Source of the DNA: a virus
Reading direction: 5' to 3' (one strand)
Length of the DNA stretch: 47,822 nucleotides
Virus record (IMG/VR): IMGVR_UViG_3300022745_000004
Location: 1-47,822 of that record
A program made the position numbers and the translations under genes. Positions within the stretch are counted from its first letter, which is position 1; each line of letters begins with the position of its first letter. Below, piece after piece: positions 8,740 through 17,872 of the stretch. The notes under the pieces are model-generated. The model had not been told where the DNA came from, ran no database searches, and worked only from the letters and a program-made list of their open reading frames with translations.

Positions 8740-9317
8740 CCGGCCTCCTCGCCTCGAGGAACCTGGTGGAACTCCTTGAAGCCGGTGCCGTCGGTGATCG
8801 CGGTGTGCGAGTAGCGCAGCGCCTTGGCCGCGCGCTTGTGGTCGCCCTCGTCGGTGCCGGCGAGCGCCTTCGTGAAGACGCCCGCGATGTGCTCGATCTG
8901 CCTGGCGTCCTCGGCCTGCTCGGCGACCGCTGCCGCGTACGCGGCGTCGGCCTCACGCATGAGCCGGTCCTTCTCGATGTCGCCGGTGTTGTAGCGGATC
9001 TCGAGGCAGACGTTGGCGAACTCGTCGATGATGCGCGTGTCGAGTGGCATGTACGGGTGCTCGTTCCCCTTGTGCGCCGTCATCTCGTCGTACGCCATGA
9101 ACACCGTCTGCCACTGCCCCGCGTCGTTGAGTGCCTGGATGCCCCAGCACTTGTACTTCTGCATCCAGTACGGGCGGTGCTTGCGGCCGACGCGGTTGCT
9201 GATGACGTCGAGGTGGTAGGTGAAGCCACGATCGACGGGCGGCGCGCACGTCGGGTTGGGCCCGGCGAGCTCGACGTTCTCCCAGCGCTTCGTCCTCGGG
9301 TTCTGGCGCAGGGGCAT
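8736..9317 (-). CDS. Structural-module protein, unknown function (193 aa)
   Basis: Internal ATG at 9317 (MPLRQNPRTKRWENVELAG...) lies 4 nt after the upstream stop at 9322. The listed 278-aa extension is Arg/Ser/Pro-rich shadow overlapping the 9322..9972 gene. Confidence 0.65.
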   Translation of the reverse strand: MPLRQNPRTKRWENVELAGPNPTCAPPVDRGFTYHLDVISNRVGRKHRPYWMQKYKCWGIQALNDAGQWQTVFMAYDEMTAHKGNEHPYMPLDTRIIDEFANVCLEIRYNTGDIEKDRLMREADAAYAAAVAEQAEDARQIEHIAGVFTKALAGTDEGDHKRAAKALRYSHTAITDGTGFKEFHQVPRGEEAG

Positions 9318-9321
9318 CAGA

Positions 9322-9972
9322 TCACCGCGCCGGGTAGTCGAGGTTGTCGGTCGACTTCTCGTCGACGATGTACGAGATGCCGACTCGGTCACCGGAGGCG
9401 ATCGCCGAACCGCTGAACGCGGCGGCGAGCACGGCATGGTTGGTCGTGTCGAAGCGCGTGCTGTCGAGGGGGGTGATCGCGGTGACCGTCGTGCCGTTCT
9501 CGAGCTGTGCCTGCTGGATCTCGTGGCAGTCAGCGGACAGCATGAACGGAAGACCGCACTTGTCGCCGTCACCGACGGAGACGGTGTCGATGCCGGCGTC
9601 GCCGACCGTGAGCGTCACCGGCGTGATGCCCTCGAGGCGCCCGAAGATCTTCGTGCCGACGATGCTTCCGGCGCCGGTCTGGGACCCGGAGGCGGGGAGC
9701 CGCTCCGTGATCGGGCGGCCGAACTGATCGAGGCCGCGCGCGATGAACGCGGAGACCGAGTTGTTGTTCGCGTCGACGAGCGTGAGGACGATGTTTCGGC
9801 CAGCCGGATTGATGATCGGCTTCGTCGTCATTGCCTTCTCGACGCCCACCGTGAGCGTCGAGAGCGCCGTCGCCGCGAGGTACCGCGTGGTGCTCTTGAT
9901 GGTGAGCGCAGGCGTGAGGTGGTGAAGCGTCCTCATCGTGGAACGCGGGTCGATCTTCTTGCGGTTGGTCAT
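9322..9972 (-). CDS. Capsid-associated protein candidate (decoration/head fibre?), 216 aa
   Basis: First gene after the capsid gene. AGGAG lies 8 nt upstream of the ATG at 9972. Composition is Thr/Ile/Gly beta-rich. Confidence 0.6.
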   Translation of the reverse strand: MTNRKKIDPRSTMRTLHHLTPALTIKSTTRYLAATALSTLTVGVEKAMTTKPIINPAGRNIVLTLVDANNNSVSAFIARGLDQFGRPITERLPASGSQTGAGSIVGTKIFGRLEGITPVTLTVGDAGIDTVSVGDGDKCGLPFMLSADCHEIQQAQLENGTTVTAITPLDSTRFDTTNHAVLAAAFSGSAIASGDRVGISYIVDEKSTDNLDYPAR

Positions 9973-9991
9973 GGCGGGGCTCCTGGTGTGA

Positions 9992-10018
9992 GAAGGGGGC
10001 CTGCGGACGGCCCCCTTC
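9992..10018 (-). terminator. GC-rich hairpin immediately downstream of the capsid gene (attenuator or mRNA-stabilising stem)
   Basis: gaagggggcc / ggcccccttc forms a 10-bp perfect stem with a 7-nt loop, in the 70-nt gap between 10043 and 9972. No T-run follows. Confidence 0.45.
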
Positions 10019-10042
10019 GTCTACGTCACGTTGCGGTCTGCG

Positions 10043-11494
10043 TCAGCCGGTGAAGGCAGAGGTGAGGCCCGAGAGGCGGCCGTCGAGCCACGGCTCGTCC
10101 TTCTTGAAGTTGCCCACGGCCTGGAGCGCCATGTAGTAGACGGGCTTGCCGGCGACCTGGCGCAACTGGAGACCGTCGGCCGACATCACGCTCGGCGGGA
10201 TGTCCCACATGACCTTGAGGTCTTTCTTGCGCATGAGCAGGGCGTGGCCGTACCACATCCAGTTCGTGCAGACCCAGGGGAGGAGCGTGTCGTTCCCGAG
10301 GAACGCCATCGTCACGTCCTTGAACCCGCCGACGAGCTTCTTCGCCTTGTCCTCCTGGACGTAGCGCTTGCCCGCCTCGCCCTCGGCGCCGGCGTAGTTG
10401 CTGCGCACGCCGCGCTCGGTGAGGAGCATGTACTCGTCCTCGATGTCCGAGTCGTCGGACCCGCGGCGGCGGTACAGCTTGTCGAACATCACCTGCAGGC
10501 GCTGCCAGGTGAGTTGGCGGCCCGTGGAGCTCAGGTCGGTCTGCGACTGGAGCTGCGGGTAGGTGGTCTTCGAGAGACCGTACAGCGTCGACGTCAGCGT
10601 GGTGTCGTCGATGAAGCTGAACAGGCCGTCGAAGCACTTCAGGGTCGCGAGCGCCTCGGAGGCCGCATTGCCGCCGCCGCTCGCCGTCGCGCGCGAGTTG
10701 CCCATCACGATGCCGTCGCCGGAACCGAGCGCGTTGCCCGCGCCCGAGGTAAGGTCGACGCCGAGGATGGTGATCGTCGGGGTCGCGCCGACGTCGTGGA
10801 TGTTGCTGACGGCTCCGACCTTGAAGACCGACACGCCGACGCCGCCGCTGCCGACGTTGCTGTTGATCTGCGCGGTGCGCAGGTTGCTCATGTGCGTCGC
10901 GCGGATGAAGCTGATCTTCATGTTCTTGTAGAGGCGCGCGTTGCCGTACACGCCGCGGACGCCGATCGTGCTCGCGGGCTGCAGCGTGATCGTGGTGTCC
11001 GTCGAGAACGAGGCCGACTGGATGACCCCGAGCAGGCCGGTGCGGTCACCGAGCAGCATGAGCTCGAGTTGCATCTTCATGTTGTCCTGCATCTCCTTCA
11101 CGTGGCGCGCGAAGCCCCAGCCCTTGAAGAATTCGAAATCCTTGTGCGCATCGGCCATCTGCTGCTCGGTGAACGCGACGTCGGCGTACGCGTAGGAGCG
11201 CGGGAGCGAGAACTCGTCGGTCGACACGCGATCGATGTCGTCATTGGTGCCCGCGGTCGTGGTGTCGAGGCCGGGCAGGAAGCCCGACTCGTCGCGCACG
11301 CCGAAGTTCATCGAGCGGTCGAGCACCGCCGGCCAGATCAGCGAACGGCCGCCGAGAGGCTTCCGAAAGCTCCGGTCCTCCTCGAGCATGTCGAGCAGGG
11401 CGCTCTCCTTGCGGATGAGCTCCTTGACCTCGTTGCTGTAGTGGTACTTGAAGCCCTTATCGAGGGCCGAGAGGGACATCGGATTGACGGTCAT
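10043..11494 (-). CDS. Major capsid protein
   Basis: 483-aa ORF directly after the portal and scaffold genes. Composition is low-Arg and protein-like (MTVNPMSLSALDKGFKYHYSNEVKELIRKESALLDMLEEDRSF...). Position and size fit an HK97-fold coat protein with an insertion. Confidence 0.7.
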   Translation of the reverse strand: MTVNPMSLSALDKGFKYHYSNEVKELIRKESALLDMLEEDRSFRKPLGGRSLIWPAVLDRSMNFGVRDESGFLPGLDTTTAGTNDDIDRVSTDEFSLPRSYAYADVAFTEQQMADAHKDFEFFKGWGFARHVKEMQDNMKMQLELMLLGDRTGLLGVIQSASFSTDTTITLQPASTIGVRGVYGNARLYKNMKISFIRATHMSNLRTAQINSNVGSGGVGVSVFKVGAVSNIHDVGATPTITILGVDLTSGAGNALGSGDGIVMGNSRATASGGGNAASEALATLKCFDGLFSFIDDTTLTSTLYGLSKTTYPQLQSQTDLSSTGRQLTWQRLQVMFDKLYRRRGSDDSDIEDEYMLLTERGVRSNYAGAEGEAGKRYVQEDKAKKLVGGFKDVTMAFLGNDTLLPWVCTNWMWYGHALLMRKKDLKVMWDIPPSVMSADGLQLRQVAGKPVYYMALQAVGNFKKDEPWLDGRLSGLTSAFTG

Positions 11495-11538
11495 GGCGGA
11501 ACCTTGCGCTCTCCCGACGCGTGGTCACACCCAAAGAA

Positions 11539-12540
11539 CTACCTGAGCGCGCGCTGCGCCTCCTCGAAGACGTTGGCCATCGCCGCATCGAAGCCCCGGG
11601 GCTTCGAGGCCTGCGGCTGCGGGGGCGTGCCCGGCACGGTGTTCTGGCCACCGCCGGCACTGATCGGGGGCGCGCCGCCGCCGGCGACGACGCTGAGCGC
11701 AGGGGCCGCACCAGCCTTGGGCGGCGGCGGGTGGAACGAGGCGAACTCCTTCGCCACGGCGGCCGTCGCCTGGCGCCACTCGCGCTCGCCCCATCCCTGC
11801 GTGATGCCCGCGGCATGCGCCGCGGACAGCGTGCGGTCGATGTACGCGCGAGCGAACTGCGCGCTCGGCGTCCCGGCCTGGTAGCCACCGCTCACGGCGG
11901 CCTCGTCGAGAAGCGACTCGTAGCGCCGGTTGGCCTCGGCGACCTGGCGCTCCTGGATGATCTGCTGCTGGACCCGCTGGGCCTCCTCGCGGGCGTAGCC
12001 GCGGGCCTCCTGCCGGGCGAACTCGCGCTGCTTCGCGAAGAGGTGATCCATCACCTCGGCCTGCACGCGACGGTCGTACGCGGCGGCGTCCTCGCCCTGT
12101 CGCTGCATCGGCACGCGGAAGTCGGCGAGGGCCTCGTCGACGGTCGGCGGCTTCGGCGGCGGCGGCGCCTCCACGCGCGGGCGCGAGGCCTCCTGCATCT
12201 GCGACCACATCTGCGCCTGCTGCGCCTGCGCGTGCGCGAGGCGCTCGAGCGCGAGCTCAAGCTTGCTCGGCTCGGCGGGAGCAGCAGGCGCAGTCGACAC
12301 GGGGGTCGGCACGGCGGGTGGCGTGGTGGATTGGGTCGGGGTGGGCGCGGACGCGAAGCGACCCTGCTCATCCCTTGAACGATCAACGCTGCTGGGTTCG
12401 GACTTTGCCGCCAGATCCGGCGGCGGTGTTGCCGCGGCCGGCGTGACAGGGGCGGCGGGCGTCTCGACGACGGGGGCGCTCGGGGCCAACTCGGTGTTGG
12501 CCGTGTCGAACACCTTCTTCATCGTGTCTTCGAAGCTCAC
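11539..12540 (-). CDS. Scaffolding protein
   Basis: GTG start with a GTGA overlap on the portal stop. It lies between portal and capsid genes. Pro/Ala-rich N-terminal half and Q/E/R helical C-terminal half. Confidence 0.55.
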   Translation of the reverse strand: MSFEDTMKKVFDTANTELAPSAPVVETPAAPVTPAAATPPPDLAAKSEPSSVDRSRDEQGRFASAPTPTQSTTPPAVPTPVSTAPAAPAEPSKLELALERLAHAQAQQAQMWSQMQEASRPRVEAPPPPKPPTVDEALADFRVPMQRQGEDAAAYDRRVQAEVMDHLFAKQREFARQEARGYAREEAQRVQQQIIQERQVAEANRRYESLLDEAAVSGGYQAGTPSAQFARAYIDRTLSAAHAAGITQGWGEREWRQATAAVAKEFASFHPPPPKAGAAPALSVVAGGGAPPISAGGGQNTVPGTPPQPQASKPRGFDAAMANVFEEAQRALR

Positions 12541-14693
12541 GCTTGTGCTCCCTGTGGCTGCATCTGCCCGTCACCATGATCGCCGCCAGGGCGGGCACTG
12601 TCAAACGGGACGTTCGCGGTACCCGGCGGCTGCGGCCCGGGAGAGCCCGGTGGCGACGACGGCGGGGGCTGCGGCGCCATCGCGAGCGCGTGTTGCAGGC
12701 ACGCCTGGTCGAGCTCCTCCGCGAGTTGCAGGTTGCCCATCAACTGCGCCTCGAGCGCGGCGCGGCGGTGGCAGCGGATGTGAACGGCGTGGTCGTGGCT
12801 CTGCTGCAACACGATGTGCTGCGCCAAGCCCCCCTGCATCGCGGCGTTCTCGGCGGCAGCGACGGACTCCTGGATGCGGTGGTCGTCGGCGCTGTCCTCG
12901 CCGAGGATGATGCCCCACTCCATCAACTGCATGCCGCGGTCGGGCGGGAGCATGCCGAGCTCGACGGCGCGGAACACCTGCTCCTGCCGAAGCGCGGGGC
13001 TGTGCGCGAGCGCAGACCCGATCTCACAGACAACGTCGACGGTGTCGAGGATGTCGCTCGACATGAGGGCCTGCACCTCGAGCTTCGTCGCGCCGCCAGC
13101 GACGCGCGTGATGCGGATGTCGGCGGGGTTGTAGTTCTGGATCGCGATGATGCACGCCGTGCGCGCGATCTCGCGCCAGTTCTCCTCGTCCTCGAGCATG
13201 ATGGGCCCGTGCACGGTCTCGGACTGCTCGGCGAGGAAGTGCAGCGCCTGGAAGGCCTCGACGTTCGGCGGTGCCTTGCCCTGATCGATCTCCTGCAGGC
13301 CGGCGAGCTTGGGGATGTTCTCCTCCTCCTGCTCGACGAGGCGCACGTAGAACTCGGGCATCGCGGCGGGCTGCTGCTGGCGCGGGGCCTCGGTGCCGGT
13401 GAACTCGATCACCTCGCCGACCTCGTCGGTGATGGCGTCCTTGTCGATGGTGCCCTTCTCGACGAGCCACTTCACGTACGCCATCGTCATCATGTGGCGG
13501 TGGAAGTTGTTGCGCGCGCGGTTGATGAAGTCGTTGCACGCGATCATGTCCATCGCGAGGCCAGCGCTCCAGAACTCCTCGGCGCACGGGCGCAGGCGGA
13601 AGTGGTGGATCGGGATGCGGCCGAGCTTCTCCTTCGTCTCGCCCCAGCCGCTCTCCCAACCAAGGGAGCCGGGCGCTGGGTACACGAGTTGGTTCCCCAC
13701 GACGATGGTGATGCGCGGCCGCTCACTGTTCGGGAGGGGCGGGAGCCACTTCTCGATCACCCACACCATGTCCTTGTTCACGTCGTCACTCGAGATGGTC
13801 TGCTGACGAGCGAACTTCGCGAACTGGCTCTCGCCCTCGCGCATCTCCGGGGTGCTCTTGAGCGTCTCCGGGTCGAGCTTGTACTGCGCGGCCGCGCTCT
13901 CCTTCGAGAGGCGGAAGGCGTGGAAGCAGCCGTCCTCGATCTTCTTCACGCCCTTCAGGGGCCAGATCTCCCACGGGGAGACGGGCTTCACCACGGCGTC
14001 GCCGAGGGGCTTGCGGCCCATGTTCTTCTGACCGGCGCCGTCGCAATCGGAGCACGGCACCGACGCGGGCTGCCCCATCATCATCATCTGCTGCCCGAGC
14101 TCGGGCGGCATCGGCATCTGGCCCGCGCCGGCGCACGTCGGGCACGGGCGAATGTCGTCGGTGAATGGCGGGATCGTCGCGTCGTAGTACTCCTTCACGA
14201 AGCCGTTCCCGGTGAGGGCGCGGTCGAGGAAGAGATCACGGCGCCTCGAGGTGAGCTTGCTCTGGAGCCAGATGTGGCGTGCGAGGTCGCGCATCGCTCG
14301 AGCAGCGAGTCGATCGTGCTCGTCCTGCGTCGCAGCTCGGGCGTCGAAGATGGGGCGCGCGCGCATGTGCTTCGCGACGACGAGGTCGATGGTGCGCCCG
14401 ATGAAGTTGATCGGGCGCGTGCGGCGGTGGCGACGGTTGTACGTCACCTGGTACACCTGCCCCTCGGCGCGCGTTGCGCTGGCGTCGAAGAAGACGGTGG
14501 TGTTGCCGTGGTACCACTGCCACGCGACCCACCACTCGTAGTCCTTCGGCAAGCGCAACGTGCGCGCCGCCGTGAACTCTGCGTGCACCTTCCCGACAAT
14601 GCCAGACGCGACGTCGTCGCTGGCGTCGTCGATGGTCAGTTCCGGCGAGCCGGAGCTCATCGACATCGCGTTCGGGATTGCAGCAGAGACCAC
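12537..14693 (-). CDS. Portal protein
   Basis: 718-aa ORF downstream of the large terminase and upstream of scaffold and capsid. The start is uncertain: GTG at 14693 after AGAGGTGA, or ATG at 14664 or 14658. Confidence 0.7.
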   Translation of the reverse strand: MVSAAIPNAMSMSSGSPELTIDDASDDVASGIVGKVHAEFTAARTLRLPKDYEWWVAWQWYHGNTTVFFDASATRAEGQVYQVTYNRRHRRTRPINFIGRTIDLVVAKHMRARPIFDARAATQDEHDRLAARAMRDLARHIWLQSKLTSRRRDLFLDRALTGNGFVKEYYDATIPPFTDDIRPCPTCAGAGQMPMPPELGQQMMMMGQPASVPCSDCDGAGQKNMGRKPLGDAVVKPVSPWEIWPLKGVKKIEDGCFHAFRLSKESAAAQYKLDPETLKSTPEMREGESQFAKFARQQTISSDDVNKDMVWVIEKWLPPLPNSERPRITIVVGNQLVYPAPGSLGWESGWGETKEKLGRIPIHHFRLRPCAEEFWSAGLAMDMIACNDFINRARNNFHRHMMTMAYVKWLVEKGTIDKDAITDEVGEVIEFTGTEAPRQQQPAAMPEFYVRLVEQEEENIPKLAGLQEIDQGKAPPNVEAFQALHFLAEQSETVHGPIMLEDEENWREIARTACIIAIQNYNPADIRITRVAGGATKLEVQALMSSDILDTVDVVCEIGSALAHSPALRQEQVFRAVELGMLPPDRGMQLMEWGIILGEDSADDHRIQESVAAAENAAMQGGLAQHIVLQQSHDHAVHIRCHRRAALEAQLMGNLQLAEELDQACLQHALAMAPQPPPSSPPGSPGPQPPGTANVPFDSARPGGDHGDGQMQPQGAQA

Positions 14694-14696
14694 GGA

Positions 14697-15146
14697 TCAC
14701 CTCTGAGGGGGCTGGAAGGCGGCTCCCGAGAAGGCGGCGCTGTCAGCGAGGATCTTCGTCACGTCGACTGCCTCCCGCTCCTCACCGTCGTCGTCGTGGA
14801 AGAAGAAGCTGGAACCAGGGCCCTCGCCGTCGGGAGAGACTTTGTGTGCCCCGGTGGGTGCCGGCGCTGCGCTGACTCTGGTTCCAGCGCGGTCGAGCGT
14901 AGCAGCAACCCGCAGCGCTTGTGGAGAGACGATTGCCATCTGCCGGTCGACGAGCTTCTCGAGCAATCGCGTGTTCGACTGCAGAGCACGCTCGAATGTC
15001 TGCTGCTGGTTGATGAGCGTCTGCAGCATCATCTTCGCCATCATCTCGTGCTGCTTCGTCATCTCACGGAGTGCGGCTCCGACATCACTTCCACTGCTCG
15101 CGTCCTCGGTGACTGCGCGCAGAAGCTCTCCCAACTTCTCGTTCAT
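14697..15146 (-). CDS. Hypothetical protein between terminase and portal (149 aa)
   Basis: ATG at 15146 (MNEKLGELLRAVTEDASSGSD...) has an ATGA overlap with the terminase stop. The listed 333-aa form has an Arg-rich shadow N-terminus lying inside the terminase gene. Confidence 0.65.
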   Translation of the reverse strand: MNEKLGELLRAVTEDASSGSDVGAALREMTKQHEMMAKMMLQTLINQQQTFERALQSNTRLLEKLVDRQMAIVSPQALRVAATLDRAGTRVSAAPAPTGAHKVSPDGEGPGSSFFFHDDDGEEREAVDVTKILADSAAFSGAAFQPPQR

Positions 15147-17233
15147 GGATCCTCCAATGCGTTGATGCGTTGCTCCAGCATGTCCTGCCGGGTGTCTTTC
15201 TTCGCGTTCTCCTCGATTGCGAGCGCCCACGCAACCGTGTCGCGCACGAGCGGGACCTCCTTCTTCTCCTCCTTGCCCCAGTACACCGGCGAGAACATCG
15301 CCGCGTAGACGTACATGCACGACGACATGAAGCGGTCCCGCCCCTGTGTGTCGACGTGGCCGCGGTCGTCGACGACGAGCGTGGCCACCTCGTCGAGATC
15401 GTCGGGGGTGAGTTGGATGTCGCCCTCGCGCGCGAGGGTCTTCCACGCCGACAGCATCACCGGCTTCGTCGACGAGTTCGTGCTGATGCCGAGGGAGTGC
15501 TCGGTCTTGAACCGCGGGTCGTCGACGACGTGGCGTCGGTACATGCGGCTGTTTGGGTACGCGTCGCTGCGATCGCCGGTGGCGCCGCGCTTGAGCCACT
15601 TTCCGAGCGCGCGCCCGGGCCCCGTCCGCTCCCAGACGAGCATCGCTGCCATGCGGTCCTTGCCCTTTCCGACGGAGAAGAACCACCCGAGGCGCCACAT
15701 CAGGTCAGCGAGCTCGTCCTCGCCGAGTTGCCCGTGGAACTCGGCGCAGATGCGGCCCTTGCGATCACCGTCGCGGCCACTGCCGATGCGCTGGTAGACC
15801 TTCACGCACGACGCGTCGCCGCCGGTGCCCTCGCTGACGTCGGCGACGACCATGTAGTCGTGGTGCCAGTCGGGGAGGCGGTAGAGGACGAAGTCGCCAG
15901 CGCGACGTCGACGAAGCCACTCGTTGGAGTCCTCGCCCTCCTTCAGGTACAGCAGGTCAGTGCCGAGTTCGCGCCGCGGGAAGATGTCGCCGACGAAGAT
16001 CGGGCGCAGTGTCCCATTCTCCATCTCGGCGTCGATGCGCTTGCGCAGGACGTCCATGAGCGCGGCCTCGATCCACTTGCCGAACGCGTGGAGCCACGCC
16101 TCGATCTGGTTGGCGGGGTGCTCCTGGCGGAACAGATCGACCTTGCGGCCACGCGACACCTCCGACGTCGCTGTCGCCTGCTTCTGGATCGTGCGGCGGC
16201 GCCACTCGAGTTGGTCGTTCGTCAGCCCGTAGCGGCGCTTCTCCTCGAGCTCGTTGCCGAACTCGCTCTCCGGGTCGCCGGACAACTGCATGTCGGGCGG
16301 CGCCTTGATCGCGTTTCGCTCGTCGAGGTACCAGGGTAGGAAGAGCGGCGTGTGCCCGTTCCATCCGGGCTTGCCCATGAGCAGGGCGGCCTTCCACTCG
16401 GCGTGCCAATAGGTGTTCGCACCGTGCGCCGTCGACTCGCGGAAGATGTACGTGCCGGGCAGCATCTGGATGGCGTTGACGACGGAGGTGTAGACGACCT
16501 CGGGGTCACACACCTCGTGCCACTTGCCGATCTCGCTGACATGCAGAACCTGCACCGGCTGGCCGGTACCGACGAAGTCGTTGCCGGCGGTCTGCACGTC
16601 GACGCTCGAGTCGAGGCCGAGGTTGCCCCTCTCGCGCTCGGCGCGCTTCTCGCGGAGCACGAGCTCGGTGCGCGTCGAGTACTCGGCCGCGGGCCGAAGC
16701 TCGCTCGGCAGCCATTCGTGGAGGTCACGCAGGTACCGGAAGACCTTCCTCGTCGTCTCCTTGTCCTGTGCAACCTGCAGTGCCGCCTGTCGCTCGTGGA
16801 AGCAGGTGATCCACCCGACGATCTGCGTGAGTTCCCACGAGAAGCCGCCCTGACGCTCCTTCAGGAGGTCGAGGCGAACGGGCTTCTTCTCGTGCACCAG
16901 GCGCATGAAGCGCCAGGCGAGGATGAGCTGCGACACCGTCGGCGTCGCCAGCAGCAGGCGCCGTGGCGGGTCGCGCTCCTTGTAGAAGCAGAGGTGCCAG
17001 AAGAAGGCGATGAAGTCCTTCTTGATGTGCGCGCGGACCTTCTCCCACGCGATCTTTTCGGGCTTCGGTCCCTCCTTGCGCATCCACGCGAAGGCGGCCT
17101 TCACCTCGTCATCGGGCTCGTAGAACCAGTGCGGGAGCGCGAGCACCTGCTCGCGCTTGTCGCGCCAACTGCTGTCCTCGATGATGATCGGCCGCGACGT
17201 GTCGAACAGCCACTGCAGGTCGGCACGCGCCAT
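15143..17233 (-). CDS. terL: Terminase large subunit
   Basis: 696 aa. Walker-B-like VLHVSEIGKW, and an RNaseH-type nuclease motif YMVVADVSEGTGGDASCVKVY in the C-terminal half. A small-terminase-like gene lies directly upstream. Confidence 0.8.
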   Translation of the reverse strand: MARADLQWLFDTSRPIIIEDSSWRDKREQVLALPHWFYEPDDEVKAAFAWMRKEGPKPEKIAWEKVRAHIKKDFIAFFWHLCFYKERDPPRRLLLATPTVSQLILAWRFMRLVHEKKPVRLDLLKERQGGFSWELTQIVGWITCFHERQAALQVAQDKETTRKVFRYLRDLHEWLPSELRPAAEYSTRTELVLREKRAERERGNLGLDSSVDVQTAGNDFVGTGQPVQVLHVSEIGKWHEVCDPEVVYTSVVNAIQMLPGTYIFRESTAHGANTYWHAEWKAALLMGKPGWNGHTPLFLPWYLDERNAIKAPPDMQLSGDPESEFGNELEEKRRYGLTNDQLEWRRRTIQKQATATSEVSRGRKVDLFRQEHPANQIEAWLHAFGKWIEAALMDVLRKRIDAEMENGTLRPIFVGDIFPRRELGTDLLYLKEGEDSNEWLRRRRAGDFVLYRLPDWHHDYMVVADVSEGTGGDASCVKVYQRIGSGRDGDRKGRICAEFHGQLGEDELADLMWRLGWFFSVGKGKDRMAAMLVWERTGPGRALGKWLKRGATGDRSDAYPNSRMYRRHVVDDPRFKTEHSLGISTNSSTKPVMLSAWKTLAREGDIQLTPDDLDEVATLVVDDRGHVDTQGRDRFMSSCMYVYAAMFSPVYWGKEEKKEVPLVRDTVAWALAIEENAKKDTRQDMLEQRINALEDP

Positions 17234-17236
17234 AGA

Positions 17237-17872
17237 TCACTCCACGACGGGAACGAGCTCGGCCGGCGCTGCCGTGTCGTGCATGCTCGGGGTCGGTTCC
17301 TCGACAGGTGCTGGCGGCGGCGGCGGCGCGGGCTCGTCGAGGACGGCCTTGCGGCGGGCGCCCGCCGTGGCGACCAGCACCGCGCGGATGATGTTCCCCT
17401 GCTGCGAGATGATCTTCGGGTCGTTGCTCTGCATGGTGAGCAGTTCGGCCGCGCGCGCGAGGGCGAGGTCGGCCACGCTGCCGAGCTTCGTCGTGCGCCG
17501 CTTCGGGTCGCGCGTCCAGTCGTCGAACGACGAGCTCTGCATCCACCCGTCGAGGATGACCCGGGAGACGCCGAGGATGTGCGCGGCGGCGGGGACGTTG
17601 AACGCGGTCGCCGCCCACGCGAGTTGGACGAAGCCGAAGATCTCGTCGCGGGCGCCGGGCGGCCAGAGGGCGGGCTGGTTCACGTCGATGCCGGCGGTCG
17701 ACAGGTCCGTCATCGTCGCCAGCAACTGCTCGCGGATATGGGCGTCGGAGAGGCGCTCGATGCCGGTCTTCGTCTCGGGGCGCGGCCCACGCTGGCGGGT
17801 CTTGGCGTCCACGAGGCGGTTGATGCGGGCGGCCACGGCGGGCAGCGAGGTCACGATGTCGTCGTCTTTCAT
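17237..17872 (-). CDS. terS: Terminase small subunit candidate
   Basis: 211-aa ORF immediately upstream of terL. It has an HTH-like segment (AAAHILGVSRVILDGWM) and a Pro-rich tail. The call is positional. Confidence 0.5.
   Translation of the reverse strand: MKDDDIVTSLPAVAARINRLVDAKTRQRGPRPETKTGIERLSDAHIREQLLATMTDLSTAGIDVNQPALWPPGARDEIFGFVQLAWAATAFNVPAAAHILGVSRVILDGWMQSSSFDDWTRDPKRRTTKLGSVADLALARAAELLTMQSNDPKIISQQGNIIRAVLVATAGARRKAVLDEPAPPPPPAPVEEPTPSMHDTAAPAELVPVVE

Noticed and set aside
10031-15308. Plus-strand ORFs 10031..11884 (617 aa) and 12543..15308 (921 aa), opposite the capsid, portal and terminase genes.
   Set aside because: They have the same shadow-frame composition (R, A, L, V, G, D, E, H with almost no K, N, F, Y, I). 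The minus-strand products carry recognisable terminase motifs and the expected portal-scaffold-capsid synteny.
14697-15698. The 333-aa form of the ORF between terminase and portal.
   Set aside because: The first 184 codons are Arg-rich and lie inside the large terminase gene in another frame. The ATG at 15146 gives an ATGA overlap with the terminase stop.
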